A DNA stretch of 64,000 nt from contig DASRHM010000048.1 of NCBI GenBank assembly GCA_035650575.1, positions 2,530 to 66,529 on the forward strand, read 5' to 3'. Position 1 is the first letter of the stretch. The number at the start of each line of letters is the position of its first letter. A model generated the notes under the pieces. That model was not told the DNA's origin. It was given only the letters and a program-made list of their open reading frames with translations, and ran no database searches. This DNA comes from Dehalococcoidia bacterium. Lineage in GTDB: Bacteria > Chloroflexota > Dehalococcoidia > DSTF01 > JACRBR01. A program made the position numbers and the translations under genes. This document shows positions 1 through 9,302 of the stretch, one piece after another.

Positions 1-1
1 G

Positions 2-844
2 GAGGTGCACCACGCCAAGTGGAGCGGCGTCGAGCAGAACGCGATCCTCGGGCTGCGGCGCGCGTTCGACTTGTTCATGAACCTGCGCCCGGTGACGGTC
101 TACCCGGAGGTCGTCTCGCTCTCGCCGCTGCGGCCGGAGATCGTCGAAGGCGCCGACATGCTGATCGTCCGGGAGCTGACCAGCGGCATCTACTTCGGCG
201 AGCGCGGCGAGCGCAGGGTCGACGGCCAGCGCCAGGTGTGGGACACCGAGGCGTACACGGAGGGCGAGATCGCGCGCATCGCGCACGGCGCCTTCCGGAT
301 GGCGCGGCTGCGGCGCAAGCACGTGACCCTCGTCGCGAAGTCGAATGTGCTCAACAGCAGCGTGCTCTGGCGCGACGTGTTCGCCGTCGTCGCGAAGGAG
401 TACGGCGACGTCACGACGGACTACCTGCACGTGGACAACGCGTCGATGCAGATCATCACGAACCCGCGCCAGTTCGACGTGCTGCTCACGAACAACATCT
501 TCGGCGACATCCTGAGCGACGAGGCGAGCGTCCTCGCCGGCTCGCTGGGCATGCTCGGCTCCGCGAGCCTGAACGCCGACGGCTTCGGCATGTACGAGCC
601 GATCCACGGCTCCGCGCCCGACATCGCCGGGCAGGGGAAGGCGAACCCCGTCGCGATGGTGCTGAGCGCGGCGATGATGCTGCGGCTCTCCTTCCGGCTC
701 GAGGCCGAGGCGGCGGCGGTCGAGGCCGCTGTGCGGGCGGCGCTGGCGGCGGGCCTGCGCACGCCGGACATCGCCGGCGCCGGCGGCGACGTCGTCAGCA
801 CGCAGCGCATGGGCGAGGCGATCGAGCGCGCGCTCGCGGGCTGA
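2..844 (+). CDS. leuB: 3-isopropylmalate dehydrogenase, C-terminal part (5' end outside window)
   Basis: ORF 5..844 shows LeuB hallmarks (NLRPVTVYPE, LIVRELTSGIYFG, MQIITNPRQFDVLLTNNIFGDILSDEASVLAGSLGMLGSASL). No upstream start lies inside the window. Confidence 0.85.
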   Translation, partial: EVHHAKWSGVEQNAILGLRRAFDLFMNLRPVTVYPEVVSLSPLRPEIVEGADMLIVRELTSGIYFGERGERRVDGQRQVWDTEAYTEGEIARIAHGAFRMARLRRKHVTLVAKSNVLNSSVLWRDVFAVVAKEYGDVTTDYLHVDNASMQIITNPRQFDVLLTNNIFGDILSDEASVLAGSLGMLGSASLNADGFGMYEPIHGSAPDIAGQGKANPVAMVLSAAMMLRLSFRLEAEAAAVEAAVRAALAAGLRTPDIAGAGGDVVSTQRMGEAIERALAG

Positions 845-1005
845 CGCCGTTCGTGCCCTCGCACACAATCCCCTGCGCCGCCCGCGTCAGGGATATCCCG
901 CACCTCGCTTCACTTCCGCGCGTGCCGATGATTACGCTAGAGGTTGACGGCGCGCTTGACGCCTGCCATGCACGCGCAACCGCGCCGCCGTAGGATGGGC
1001 TCGAG

Positions 1006-1821
1006 ATGATCGAGGAGCGGGTCGAGGAGCTCAAGGCGATCATCGCCGGCAACGACGGCCGCAACGCGGCCGACTGGCGCTTCGCGCGCATGGTCGATGA
1101 GCTGGTGGACGCCGTCTTCGACGACGTGAGCCAGGTGAAGCGCATGCCGGCGCGCGCGCTCTTCGACCTGTTCATCATCAAGGTGCTCTACGTCGGCCGG
1201 CGCAGCCGCGACGCGCAGGTGCTCGAGTACCTCGGCGGGCTGCTGGAGTCGTCGCTCTCGGCGGCGCGCATCTTCCCGCCCCGCCCGGACGGCAGGCCGC
1301 GGCGGCCGTACTTCTCCGACGCGCTCGGCGAGGCCGCGCAGGGCGAGGGCTTCGAGAGCGCCTACGAGGCGTACCGCACCTACGGCGACAGCGCGCTGTT
1401 CCTCAGCGGGATGTTCCCGCGCGCGCTGGGACGCCGCCGGCCGGCGCGCGCGGGCGCCATGCGTCGCGGCGGCGGCGCGCGCACGGTCGACCGCGCCTAC
1501 TACGTCACGACGGGCAAGGCCATGTACCGGCTGGCGGCGGACGACCGCGAGGCCGAGCGGCAGCGCATCCGCGCGGTGCTCCTCAAGCTCGCGGAGTACT
1601 TCGAGGTGTACGTCGACGCGCTCAACGAGATCAGCGAGCGCTACGTGATGGGGTTCGATGCCGACCTCATCGCGGACAAGATGCTCGACAGCTTCAACGC
1701 CTACCGCGCGTCCGGCGAGGCGCGCGCGCTCGAGAACGCGCGCCGCTATGCCTCGATCCTGCGCGTGGACCGCGCGCGCTTCCCTTCGGTGTTCGGCGGC
1801 GACGCGCCACGGACGGTGTAG
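1006..1821 (+). CDS. hypothetical protein
   Basis: 271-aa ORF with GC3-biased codon usage and sensible composition. The overlapping opposite-strand ORF is Arg/Pro-rich noise. No recognisable family. Confidence 0.5.
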   Translation: MIEERVEELKAIIAGNDGRNAADWRFARMVDELVDAVFDDVSQVKRMPARALFDLFIIKVLYVGRRSRDAQVLEYLGGLLESSLSAARIFPPRPDGRPRRPYFSDALGEAAQGEGFESAYEAYRTYGDSALFLSGMFPRALGRRRPARAGAMRRGGGARTVDRAYYVTTGKAMYRLAADDREAERQRIRAVLLKLAEYFEVYVDALNEISERYVMGFDADLIADKMLDSFNAYRASGEARALENARRYASILRVDRARFPSVFGGDAPRTV

Positions 1822-2026
1822 CCCGCAGGTTTCGCAGCATGCGCCGCTGAGCCGCGGCCGTCGTCGCCGTCGGCGCGCGCCCGTGCTCCTGCCGTCCGAT
1901 GCGGGTTCCGGCCGCGGTCGCCCGTGCCCACGGCGCATCGCCGTCGTCGAAGCGAATCGCGCACGCGATCGCGCTAGCACCTCGCTCGCGCGGCACGTAC
2001 ACTCGCGCGAGCGACGGAGGTGCGCC

Positions 2027-2878
2027 ATGGAGGTCCGCGAGATCGATGCGAACGGGATGACGTTCCGCTGCCGGCTGGCGGGCGACGCCGGCGAGCCGGT
2101 GCTGCTGCTGCACGGCTTCCCGGAGACGTCGCACATGTGGACGGACCTGATGCCGCGGCTCGCGGCGGCTGGGTACCGATGCCTGGCGCCGGACCTGCGC
2201 GGCTACAGCCCCGGCGCGCGGCCGGAGGACACCGCCGCGTACGCGTACGAGGCGCTGGCGTCGGACGTGTTCGCGCTCGCCGACGCGTGCGGCTTCGGGC
2301 GGTTCCACCTCGTCGGCCACGACTGGGGCGCGATCATCGGCTGGGCGGCAGTGCACCTCGACGGCGGCCGGCGCATCGGCTCGTGGACGTCGCTGTCGAT
2401 CCCGCACTACCTGGGGTTCGCGAAGGCCACGTACGACGACCCGGGCGGCGACCTGTACCGTGGCATCCTGCAGCAGTTGTGCACGGAGGGCGTGTTCGAG
2501 GGGCTGGTAGCGTCGCAGCCGGAGCTGCTGCGCTCGACGTGGTCGCACAGCAGCGCGGAGGAGATCGACGAGTACCTCGGCGTGCTGTCGCAGCCCGGCG
2601 CGATGCGCGCGGCGGCGAGCTACTATCGCGCCTGCAACGCGCACCGGCGCGCGCTCGAGGATCCGTCCGCGCCGTTCGGGCCGGTCGCCGTGCCGGCGCT
2701 GCTGATCAAGGGCACGCAGGACCCGTACGTGCGGGCGATGACGGTCGAGCTGGCAGCGCCGCACATGACGGGCGAGTACCGCGTGGTGGAGGTCGAGGCG
2801 GGCCACTGGCTGGCGCAGGAGGCGCCCGACGTGGTGGCGTCGGAGACGCTCGTGCACCTGCGCGCCCACCCGCTGTAG
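2027..2878 (+). CDS. alpha/beta-fold hydrolase (epoxide hydrolase/haloalkane dehalogenase-like)
   Basis: GGAGG sits 6 nt before ATG 2027. Motifs LLLHGFPETSHMW, HLVGHDWGA (nucleophile elbow) and a C-terminal HW. Confidence 0.75.
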   Translation: MEVREIDANGMTFRCRLAGDAGEPVLLLHGFPETSHMWTDLMPRLAAAGYRCLAPDLRGYSPGARPEDTAAYAYEALASDVFALADACGFGRFHLVGHDWGAIIGWAAVHLDGGRRIGSWTSLSIPHYLGFAKATYDDPGGDLYRGILQQLCTEGVFEGLVASQPELLRSTWSHSSAEEIDEYLGVLSQPGAMRAAASYYRACNAHRRALEDPSAPFGPVAVPALLIKGTQDPYVRAMTVELAAPHMTGEYRVVEVEAGHWLAQEAPDVVASETLVHLRAHPL

Positions 2879-2888
2879 GGGGCCGGAT

Positions 2889-2958
2889 CCGCACATCACG
2901 CAGATGTGCGGATGAAGTCGAGAAACGGACAGGGGCTGCCCGAAGGGCAGCCCCTGTC
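2889..2958. terminator. two consecutive perfect palindromes between convergent genes (bidirectional terminator candidate)
   Basis: CCGCACATC-acgca-GATGTGCGG (2889-2911) and GACAGGGGCTGCCC-gaa-GGGCAGCCCCTGTC (2928-2958, 14-bp perfect stem). Confidence 0.55.
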
Positions 2959-2979
2959 TGATCGTGCGCCGGGCGCGGA

Positions 2980-4104
2980 TCAGATCTTGAGCTCTTCGGC
3001 GACGAGCTCGCGGTGGTAGTCCGCGTCGCCCCACGCCAGCTCGGCCGCCTTCTGGCGCCGGAAGTAGAGCTGGATCTTGTAGTCCTTCGTGAAGCCGATG
3101 CCGCCGTGGATCTGCTGGCCGTGCGCGACGACGCGGCGCGTCGCCTCGCTGCACCAGGCCTTCGCCATGTGCACGTTGAGGTCGGCGTCCGCCTCGTCCT
3201 GGTCCACGGACCACGCCGCGCGGTACATGATGAAGCGCGCGCCGTCCACATCCGTCACCATGTCGGCGGCCTTGTGCTGGATCGCCTGGAACGAGCCGAT
3301 CGGCCGGCCGAACTGGATGCGGTCCTTCGCGTACTGGACGCTGATCTCGAAGTCCATCTGCGCGAGGCCCGTGAGGTACGCGCACTCGAGCACCGTCGCC
3401 TTGCGCTGCACCTTCGCGAGCGTCTTGGCGCCGCCGGCGATGACGTTCGCCTTCGGCACGCGCACGTTCTCGAACTTCACCTCCGCCTGCTTGTCGGCGG
3501 CGATGGTCTTGAGCATCGTGACGGTGATCCCCGACGTCTTCGCCGGGACGATCACCAGCTCGATCCCGTCGTCGCCCTTCGTGCCGGGCCGGCGCCCGAC
3601 GACGGTCATGAAGTCGGCGACGTTGGCGTCGCGGACGAAGAGCTTGGTGCCGTTGAGCACGACGTCGTTGCCGTCGTCCTTCACCTCGAGCGTCACGCCC
3701 TCGTTGTCGAAGCGCGCCGACGGCTCGGTGAACGCGAGCGTCCAGATGGCGTTGCCGCTGGCGATCTGCGGGAGGTACTGCTTCTTCTGTTCCTCCGACC
3801 CGGCCTCGAGCAGCGGCAGGACGCCGCCGACCTGCGTCGAGATGAACGGGCCCGGGACGAGCGCGCGGCCGAACTCCTCGATGAGGATGATCAGGTCGAG
3901 GAAGCCGAAGCCGGCGCCGCCGTACTGGTCGGGGATGAGCAGGCCCTGCCAGCCCTGCTCGGCCATCTTCTTCCAGAGGTCGGGCGAGTAGCCCTTCTCG
4001 TCCTCTTCCATCTCGCGGACGAGCGTCTCGGGGCACTCCTTCTCGAGAAAGTCGCGCGCTGCGTTTTTCAGCAGTTCTTGTTCTTCAGACAGCCCCAGGT
4101 CCAT
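2980..4104 (-). CDS. acyl-CoA dehydrogenase
   Basis: 374 aa. ACAD fold motifs (WxxxxGxxG, FGRPIGSFQAIQHKAADM, GGIGFTKDYKIQLYFR). Confidence 0.85.
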   Translation of the reverse strand: MDLGLSEEQELLKNAARDFLEKECPETLVREMEEDEKGYSPDLWKKMAEQGWQGLLIPDQYGGAGFGFLDLIILIEEFGRALVPGPFISTQVGGVLPLLEAGSEEQKKQYLPQIASGNAIWTLAFTEPSARFDNEGVTLEVKDDGNDVVLNGTKLFVRDANVADFMTVVGRRPGTKGDDGIELVIVPAKTSGITVTMLKTIAADKQAEVKFENVRVPKANVIAGGAKTLAKVQRKATVLECAYLTGLAQMDFEISVQYAKDRIQFGRPIGSFQAIQHKAADMVTDVDGARFIMYRAAWSVDQDEADADLNVHMAKAWCSEATRRVVAHGQQIHGGIGFTKDYKIQLYFRRQKAAELAWGDADYHRELVAEELKI

Positions 4105-4502
4105 GTGTTCTGCTCCTTCTGTTGCTGATCGCGTCGGATCGTAGTGGGTGGGGCGCTCTCGCGCCAGCGGTTCTCGCCGGTCTCCGGCGGGCCTCCTGAT
4201 GCTTCGTTGCTCGCGCGATGGCGGGCCACGTCACGCGTTCGGCGCCCTCCTTCGCTCCACGCGCCGCCGCGCGATGAGGCTGCGGATGGCGTCGCTCTGG
4301 CCCGCGGGAGCGCTGCGCATCGCTGACGCGTTGCTCCGCTCAATCCTGGCGGCCTGGGGGACGCCCCCATGCCCGCGTTGGGCGCTCCGCCCTCTGCACC
4401 CCGGCCCGCCGCCATCGCGAGCGGACGTCGCGGGCGGCCGGTGGTAGCTCCTCGCGCGGGGTGTCCGCGCCGGTGGCAGGGCTCCATCGCCAAGACGGCC
4501 GA

Positions 4503-4940
4503 TCATGTCCCTGGCTCCATGCGCGACGCTTCGCGCGCGGCGTCGGCGAGGTCCTGGCGGTGGAGCGCCGCCGCCCAGGCGGGCCAGAGGAGATAGACGC
4601 CGGCGACGACGACCGCCGGCCAGAGCGTCCAGAACAAGTACTCGCTCCGGTACGCCTCCCGCGCCGTCAACTCGTGGCCCTCGAGGCAGCTCTCGGTGCG
4701 CGCCTTGAGCGCGGACTGCGGCACCTCGTCCTCGGCGACGTGCAGTTCTTCGGCGAGCTGCTTGCGCAGGCCGTCGCAGGTGTTGTGGGTGGCGCCGGTG
4801 CCGATGGCGCCCGTCTGGTACAGCAGCGTGCCGAGCCCGAGCGCGACGGCGTAGATCACGACGACGATGCCGGCGGCGGTCGCGAGCCGGCGCATCCAGT
4901 GTGCGCCTCCAGCGTCGTGGCTGCGGGCTTCGGCGCTCAT
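4503..4940 (-). CDS. small membrane protein (2 predicted TM helices), hypothetical
   Basis: 145-aa ORF with two hydrophobic stretches (IVVVIYAVALGLGTLL, LWPAVVVAGVYLLWPAWAAA). GC3-biased. Confidence 0.45.
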   Translation of the reverse strand: MSAEARSHDAGGAHWMRRLATAAGIVVVIYAVALGLGTLLYQTGAIGTGATHNTCDGLRKQLAEELHVAEDEVPQSALKARTESCLEGHELTAREAYRSEYLFWTLWPAVVVAGVYLLWPAWAAALHRQDLADAAREASRMEPGT

Positions 4941-4943
4941 CCG

Positions 4944-6119
4944 CTACTCCCTCGGCAGGCCGATGCCGCGCTGGGCGATGACGCTGCGCTGGATCTCGGA
5001 GGTGCCGCCGGCGATCGTCGAGCCGACGGCGATGCGGTACCAGGCGTCGATGCGGCCGCCGAGCGGCGCGCGTGGCGAGCCCTCCCGGAGCTGGCCGTAG
5101 GCGCCGGCGACCTTCATCGCGGTCCGCGCGATGCGCTGCGCCAGCTCCGAGCCGAAGAGCTTCGTGACCGACGCCTCCTGGTTGGGGATGAGGCCCTTCG
5201 CCTGCATGCTGACGACGCGGTAGGACATCAGCACCGCGATGCGCGCCTCGATCGCGCGCTCGGCGATCTCGTGCCGGATGGCGGTCCACGCGCTGTCGAG
5301 CCGCGGCTGCTCGCGCGCCACCGCGGCGGTCTCCTCGACCAGCCGCTCGAGGCTGACGCCGTTGATGATGCCGGAGCGCTCGAAGTCGAGCGTGGTCGTG
5401 GCCACGTACCAGCCCCGGTTCAGCTCGCCGAGCAGGTCCTTCTTCGGCACGCGCACGTTGTCGAAGAACACCTCGTTGAAGCTCGGCGTGTCGGCCATGT
5501 TCGTGAGGGGCCGGACGGTGACGCCGGGCGAATGCATGTCCAGCAGGAAGTAGCTGATGCCCTTGTGCTTCGGCGCGTCGGGGTCGGTGCGCGCGAGCAG
5601 CATCATGCGCTGCGCGCGGTGGGCGCCGGAGGTCCAGATCTTCTGGCCGTTGATGATGAAATCGTCGCCGTCGCGCGTCGCGCGCGTCTGCAGCGACGCC
5701 AGGTCGGAACCCGAGTCGGGCTCGCTGAAGCCCTGGCACCAGAACGTCTCGCCGGAGAGGATGCCCGAGAGGTGCTCGCGCTTCTGCTCCTCGCTGCCGT
5801 GGACGATGATCGTCGGGCCGGCGAGGCCGATCGCGAGGAAGTTGGGGCGCGGCGCCGCCGCGCGCGCCATCTCCTCGTTGAAGATGAACTGCTGGAGGAC
5901 GCCGAGCCCCGCGCCCCCGTACTCCTTCGGCCACGCGGGCGCCACCCAGCCGCGCTTCGCGAGGGTGCGCAGCCAGTCGCGCTCGCGCTCGTCCTCGCCG
6001 ATGCCGACGCCGAGGATCGCGTCGTCGGCCGCGCGCAGGTCCGCGGGCAGCTCGCGCGCGATGAAGTCGCGCACTTCGGCGCGGAAGGCGGCGTCTTCGG
6101 GGCTGTCCTTGAAGTCCAA
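4944..6119 (-). CDS. acyl-CoA dehydrogenase (FadE-like), paralog 1 of tandem array
   Basis: 391 aa, MDFKDSPEDAAFRAEVRDF... GGTSEIQRSVIAQRGIGLPRE. Start is TTG, 2 nt after the stop of the upstream four-helix-bundle gene. Confidence 0.85.
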   Translation of the reverse strand: MDFKDSPEDAAFRAEVRDFIARELPADLRAADDAILGVGIGEDERERDWLRTLAKRGWVAPAWPKEYGGAGLGVLQQFIFNEEMARAAAPRPNFLAIGLAGPTIIVHGSEEQKREHLSGILSGETFWCQGFSEPDSGSDLASLQTRATRDGDDFIINGQKIWTSGAHRAQRMMLLARTDPDAPKHKGISYFLLDMHSPGVTVRPLTNMADTPSFNEVFFDNVRVPKKDLLGELNRGWYVATTTLDFERSGIINGVSLERLVEETAAVAREQPRLDSAWTAIRHEIAERAIEARIAVLMSYRVVSMQAKGLIPNQEASVTKLFGSELAQRIARTAMKVAGAYGQLREGSPRAPLGGRIDAWYRIAVGSTIAGGTSEIQRSVIAQRGIGLPRE

Positions 6120-6121
6120 CC

Positions 6122-6559
6122 CTATTCTGCTCCCGGTACGGAAGATGGAGGATGGATGCTAGATGATGGACTGTCGAAAACGCGCCAGCTGGCGATCAGT
6201 CGTACGAGCTGGGCCCCTACGAGCGCATACTGCTCGATCAGGGCCTGCAGGGCGGGGGCGGTGCCGTATCTCAGCTCCTTCGCCGTTTCGAGATGCGCCT
6301 CCATCTCGTTGGCAGAACCGAGCGCGCGCCGCAGGTAATTCTTGAACTCCTTCTCGGACTGGCGCAGACCCCAACCTTCGGCGATGAGTGCACCGATCGA
6401 CTTTGACGCGCGCCGCATCTGATCGGTCAGCCCGAAGCGTTCGTGGTCCGGGAAGGTGAACACGAGTGCATGCACGTCACGCATCGCCGACTGCGCACGC
6501 TGGTAAACGTCGAGATCACGAAAGCTCCGAATCGGGCGACGATGTCGCGCGGATTCCAT
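6122..6559 (-). CDS. four-helix-bundle protein (PF05635 / 23S rRNA IVS / Avd-like family)
   Basis: Motif FRDLDVYQRA...QMRRASKSIGALIAEG is typical of the family. GGAAGGTGGA SD lies 9 nt before ATG 6559. Visibly lower GC than its neighbours. Confidence 0.7.
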   Translation of the reverse strand: MESARHRRPIRSFRDLDVYQRAQSAMRDVHALVFTFPDHERFGLTDQMRRASKSIGALIAEGWGLRQSEKEFKNYLRRALGSANEMEAHLETAKELRYGTAPALQALIEQYALVGAQLVRLIASWRVFDSPSSSIHPPSSVPGAE

Positions 6560-6599
6560 CCTCAATCGTCCACCTTCCATCCTCGCGGCCGGCGCGCCC

Positions 6600-7778
6600 T
6601 CACTGGCGCGGCAACCCCAGCCCGCGCTGGGCGATGATGTTGCGCTGGATCTCCGACGTGCCGCCGGCGATGGCGCTGCCGACGCTGACCACGTACGACT
6701 TGGCGAAGCGGCCCTTGAGCCGCGCCCACGGGCTGTCCTCCCACAGCCCGCCGTAGAGCCCCATCAGGCCGACGCCGACGCGCGCCTGCCGCTGCAGGTA
6801 CTCCGAGTTGAACACCTTGATGATCGAGGCCTCGTAGTTCGGCACCAGGCCGCGCGCCTGCATGCTCACGACGCGGTACGACAGCAGCTGTGCCAGCTCG
6901 AGGTCGATCCACAGGTCGGCGATCGCGTGCCGCACCTTTGGGTTGGACCACAGCGGGCGGCCGCCGATCTGCGTCTCCGTGCGCGCGAAGCGCGTCAGGT
7001 CCTCGAGCGAGCGGCGCGCCTGCGCCGTCCCGCCGATCGACGAGCGCTCGAAGTCGAGCGTGGTCGTCGCGATGTACCAGCCGCGGTTCAGCTCGCCGAG
7101 GAGCCCGGAGCGGGGCACGCGCACGTTCTCGAAGAAGACCTCGTTGAACCCCTCGCCGTCCGCCATGTTGATCAGCGGCCGCACGGTGATGCCGGGCGTC
7201 TTCATGTCGACGAGGAAGTAGCTGATGCCGCGATGTTTCGGGGCGTCGGGGTCGGTGCGGGCGAGGACGAAGATCCAGTCGGCGTAGTGCGCCTGGCTGG
7301 TCCAGATCTTCTGGCCGTTGATCACGAAGTCATCGCCGTCCTGCACGGCGCGCGTCTGCAGCGACGCGAGGTCCGAGCCGGAGTTCGGCTCGCTGTAGCC
7401 CTGGCACCAGATCACGTCACCGGCGGTGATGCCCGGCAGGTGCTGCGCTTTCTGCTCGTCGGTGCCGTAGAGGATGATCGTCGGGCCGAGGTAGCCGACC
7501 GCCGCGGTGTTGATGATCGGCGCGCGGGCGTAGCCCATCTCCTCGTTGAACACGACCTGGTCCCACAGCGAGAGGTCGAGCCCGCCGTACGCCTTCGGCC
7601 AGGCGGGGGCGATCCAGCGCTTCGGCGCGAGCTTCTTCAGGAAGTCGCGGCCGGCCTCGTGCGCCTCATCGTCGATCGCGTTGTCGGCGCCCTCCCAGCC
7701 GGGGGGCAGCGCCGACTGCAGGAAGGCGCGGACCTCCTCGCGGAAGGCCGTCTGCTCGGCGGTGAAGGCGAACCTCAT
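6600..7778 (-). CDS. acyl-CoA dehydrogenase (FadE-like), paralog 2
   Basis: MRFAFTAEQTAFREEVRAF... GGTSEIQRNIIAQRGLGLPRQ. GGAGA lies before ATG 7778. The long upstream ORF extension is Arg/Ser-rich noise. Confidence 0.85.
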   Translation of the reverse strand: MRFAFTAEQTAFREEVRAFLQSALPPGWEGADNAIDDEAHEAGRDFLKKLAPKRWIAPAWPKAYGGLDLSLWDQVVFNEEMGYARAPIINTAAVGYLGPTIILYGTDEQKAQHLPGITAGDVIWCQGYSEPNSGSDLASLQTRAVQDGDDFVINGQKIWTSQAHYADWIFVLARTDPDAPKHRGISYFLVDMKTPGITVRPLINMADGEGFNEVFFENVRVPRSGLLGELNRGWYIATTTLDFERSSIGGTAQARRSLEDLTRFARTETQIGGRPLWSNPKVRHAIADLWIDLELAQLLSYRVVSMQARGLVPNYEASIIKVFNSEYLQRQARVGVGLMGLYGGLWEDSPWARLKGRFAKSYVVSVGSAIAGGTSEIQRNIIAQRGLGLPRQ

Positions 7779-8097
7779 CGGTGGTCTCCTGGACGGCGCG
7801 GTGTGCGCCTCAATGTTGCCTCCGCTGCGCTGCGTTCCGAGGAGCGGGCTGGCCCACCCCCCCGCCCTCGGGAATTGTTGGAGAACCGGGGGCCCACCCC
7901 CGGAGCCCCCCGCCAGGGGGCGCTGCCCCCTGGACCTCCGGCCGGCTGATCGGGCAGCGGCACAGCTACTGGCGTCCGGCCGGCTCAAGCTCCGCGATTC
8001 GTGACCTGAGCGGCCGGGTAGGAAGCGCCGCTCCTGCAGTGGCTTCCAGCGCCCTCTCCGCATCAGCGCTCGACTTCCAGCCGACCAGGCGTGTTGC

Positions 8098-9279
8098 TTA
8101 GTCGCGCGGGAGGCCGAGGCCTCGCTGGGCGATGATGTTGCGCTGGATCTCCGACGTGCCGCCCTCGATCGTGTAGGCGACCGAGCGCAGGAAGGTCGAA
8201 GCCCAGCGTCCGCCGAGCGGCGCCTCTTCGCCGCGCAGCTGCCCGTAGAGGCCGAGGATGTGCACCGCGGTGCGCGCGATCCGCTGGTTGAGCTCCGTCG
8301 AGAACAGCTTGAGCAGCGATGCCTCGTAGTTCGGGATGAGGCCGCGCGCCTGCATGCTCGCCACCCGGTACGAGAGCATGCGCGCCACCTCGACCTCGAC
8401 CATGCGGTCGGAGAGCTCGTAGCGCAGCATCGGGTTGGTGCGCAGCGTGCTCGTCGGGTCATCCGCGTGCTTCTTCGCGTACTCGATGAGCTCCTCGACG
8501 TGCTGCTTCATGCCCGTCGCGGAGCCGATGCTGGAGCGCTCGAAGTCAAGCGTCGTGACGGCCGCGTACCAGCCGCGGTTCTCCTCGCCGATCACGTTCT
8601 CCTTCGGGATGCGCACGTTCTCGAAGAAGACCTCGTTGAACTCGTGCGCGTTGCCGAGGTTGTAGAGGGGCCGCACGGTGACGCCGGGCGACTTCATGTC
8701 CAGGATGAAATAGGTGATGCCGCGGTGCTTCGGCGCGTCCGGGTCCGTGCGCGTCAGCAGGATCATGTACTTGGCCATGTGCGCGAGCGTGGTCCAGATC
8801 TTCTGGCCGTTGACGACGTAGTCGTCGCCGTCGCGCACGGCGCGCGTCTGCAGCGACGCGAGGTCGGAGCCGGCGCCCGGCTCGCTGTAGCCCTGGCACC
8901 AGATGTCCTCGCCCTTCAGCATGCCGGGCAGATACTTCTTCTTCTGCTCCTCCGTGCCGTGCACGATCAGGGTGGGGCCGGCCATGCCGAGGCCGATGAT
9001 CATGTGCAGCGGGCGCGGCGCCTTCAGCAGCGCCATCTCCTCGTTGAAGATGAACTGCTGGACCGTGGTCATGCCCGCCCCGCCGTACTCCTTCGGCCAG
9101 GCGGGGGCGATCCAGCCGCGCGCGCCGAGCTTGCGGAACCACTCCTGGTTCTCCTGCCAGCTGCTCGCGAGCGCCTCGGCGCCGCTCAGCCCGGGCTTCG
9201 GCTTCGGCGCCTCGGCGAGGACGAAGTCCCGCACCTCCTTCCGAAATGCGGCTTCTTCGGGCGTGTCGTTGAAGTCCAT
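8098..9279 (-). CDS. acyl-CoA dehydrogenase (FadE-like), paralog 3
   Basis: MDFNDTPEEAAFRKEVRDF... GGTSEIQRNIIAQRGLGLPRD. 393 aa. Confidence 0.88.
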   Translation of the reverse strand: MDFNDTPEEAAFRKEVRDFVLAEAPKPKPGLSGAEALASSWQENQEWFRKLGARGWIAPAWPKEYGGAGMTTVQQFIFNEEMALLKAPRPLHMIIGLGMAGPTLIVHGTEEQKKKYLPGMLKGEDIWCQGYSEPGAGSDLASLQTRAVRDGDDYVVNGQKIWTTLAHMAKYMILLTRTDPDAPKHRGITYFILDMKSPGVTVRPLYNLGNAHEFNEVFFENVRIPKENVIGEENRGWYAAVTTLDFERSSIGSATGMKQHVEELIEYAKKHADDPTSTLRTNPMLRYELSDRMVEVEVARMLSYRVASMQARGLIPNYEASLLKLFSTELNQRIARTAVHILGLYGQLRGEEAPLGGRWASTFLRSVAYTIEGGTSEIQRNIIAQRGLGLPRD

Positions 9280-9302
9280 GGCTTGCTCCTTGTCAGTCCC
9301 TG

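Noticed and set aside
1694-4036. Very long opposite-strand ORFs rich in Arg/Pro/Gly/Ala (e.g. 1694..4036, 4231..5934, 32825..34198, 53449..56301 N-terminal part, 29088..31136)
   Set aside because: They have typical high-GC shadow-frame composition and no motifs. They overlap well-supported genes on the other strand or frame.
4105-4502. 400-bp gap upstream of the first ACAD containing ORFs 4148..4447 and 4144..4326
   Set aside because: The translations are Arg/Ala/Pro-rich with no coding bias distinct from noise. The gap is more likely a promoter/UTR region.
6141-6157. 17-mer GGAAGATGGAGGA(T/C)GGA shared between 6141 (inside the four-helix-bundle CDS C-terminus) and 46207 (intergenic hairpin)
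   Set aside because: One copy is coding and the other is a hairpin arm. A single short match is more likely chance than a repeat family.
6100-6600. Possible diversity-generating retroelement around the Avd-like gene
   Set aside because: No reverse transcriptase gene and no obvious template/variable repeat pair within the window.
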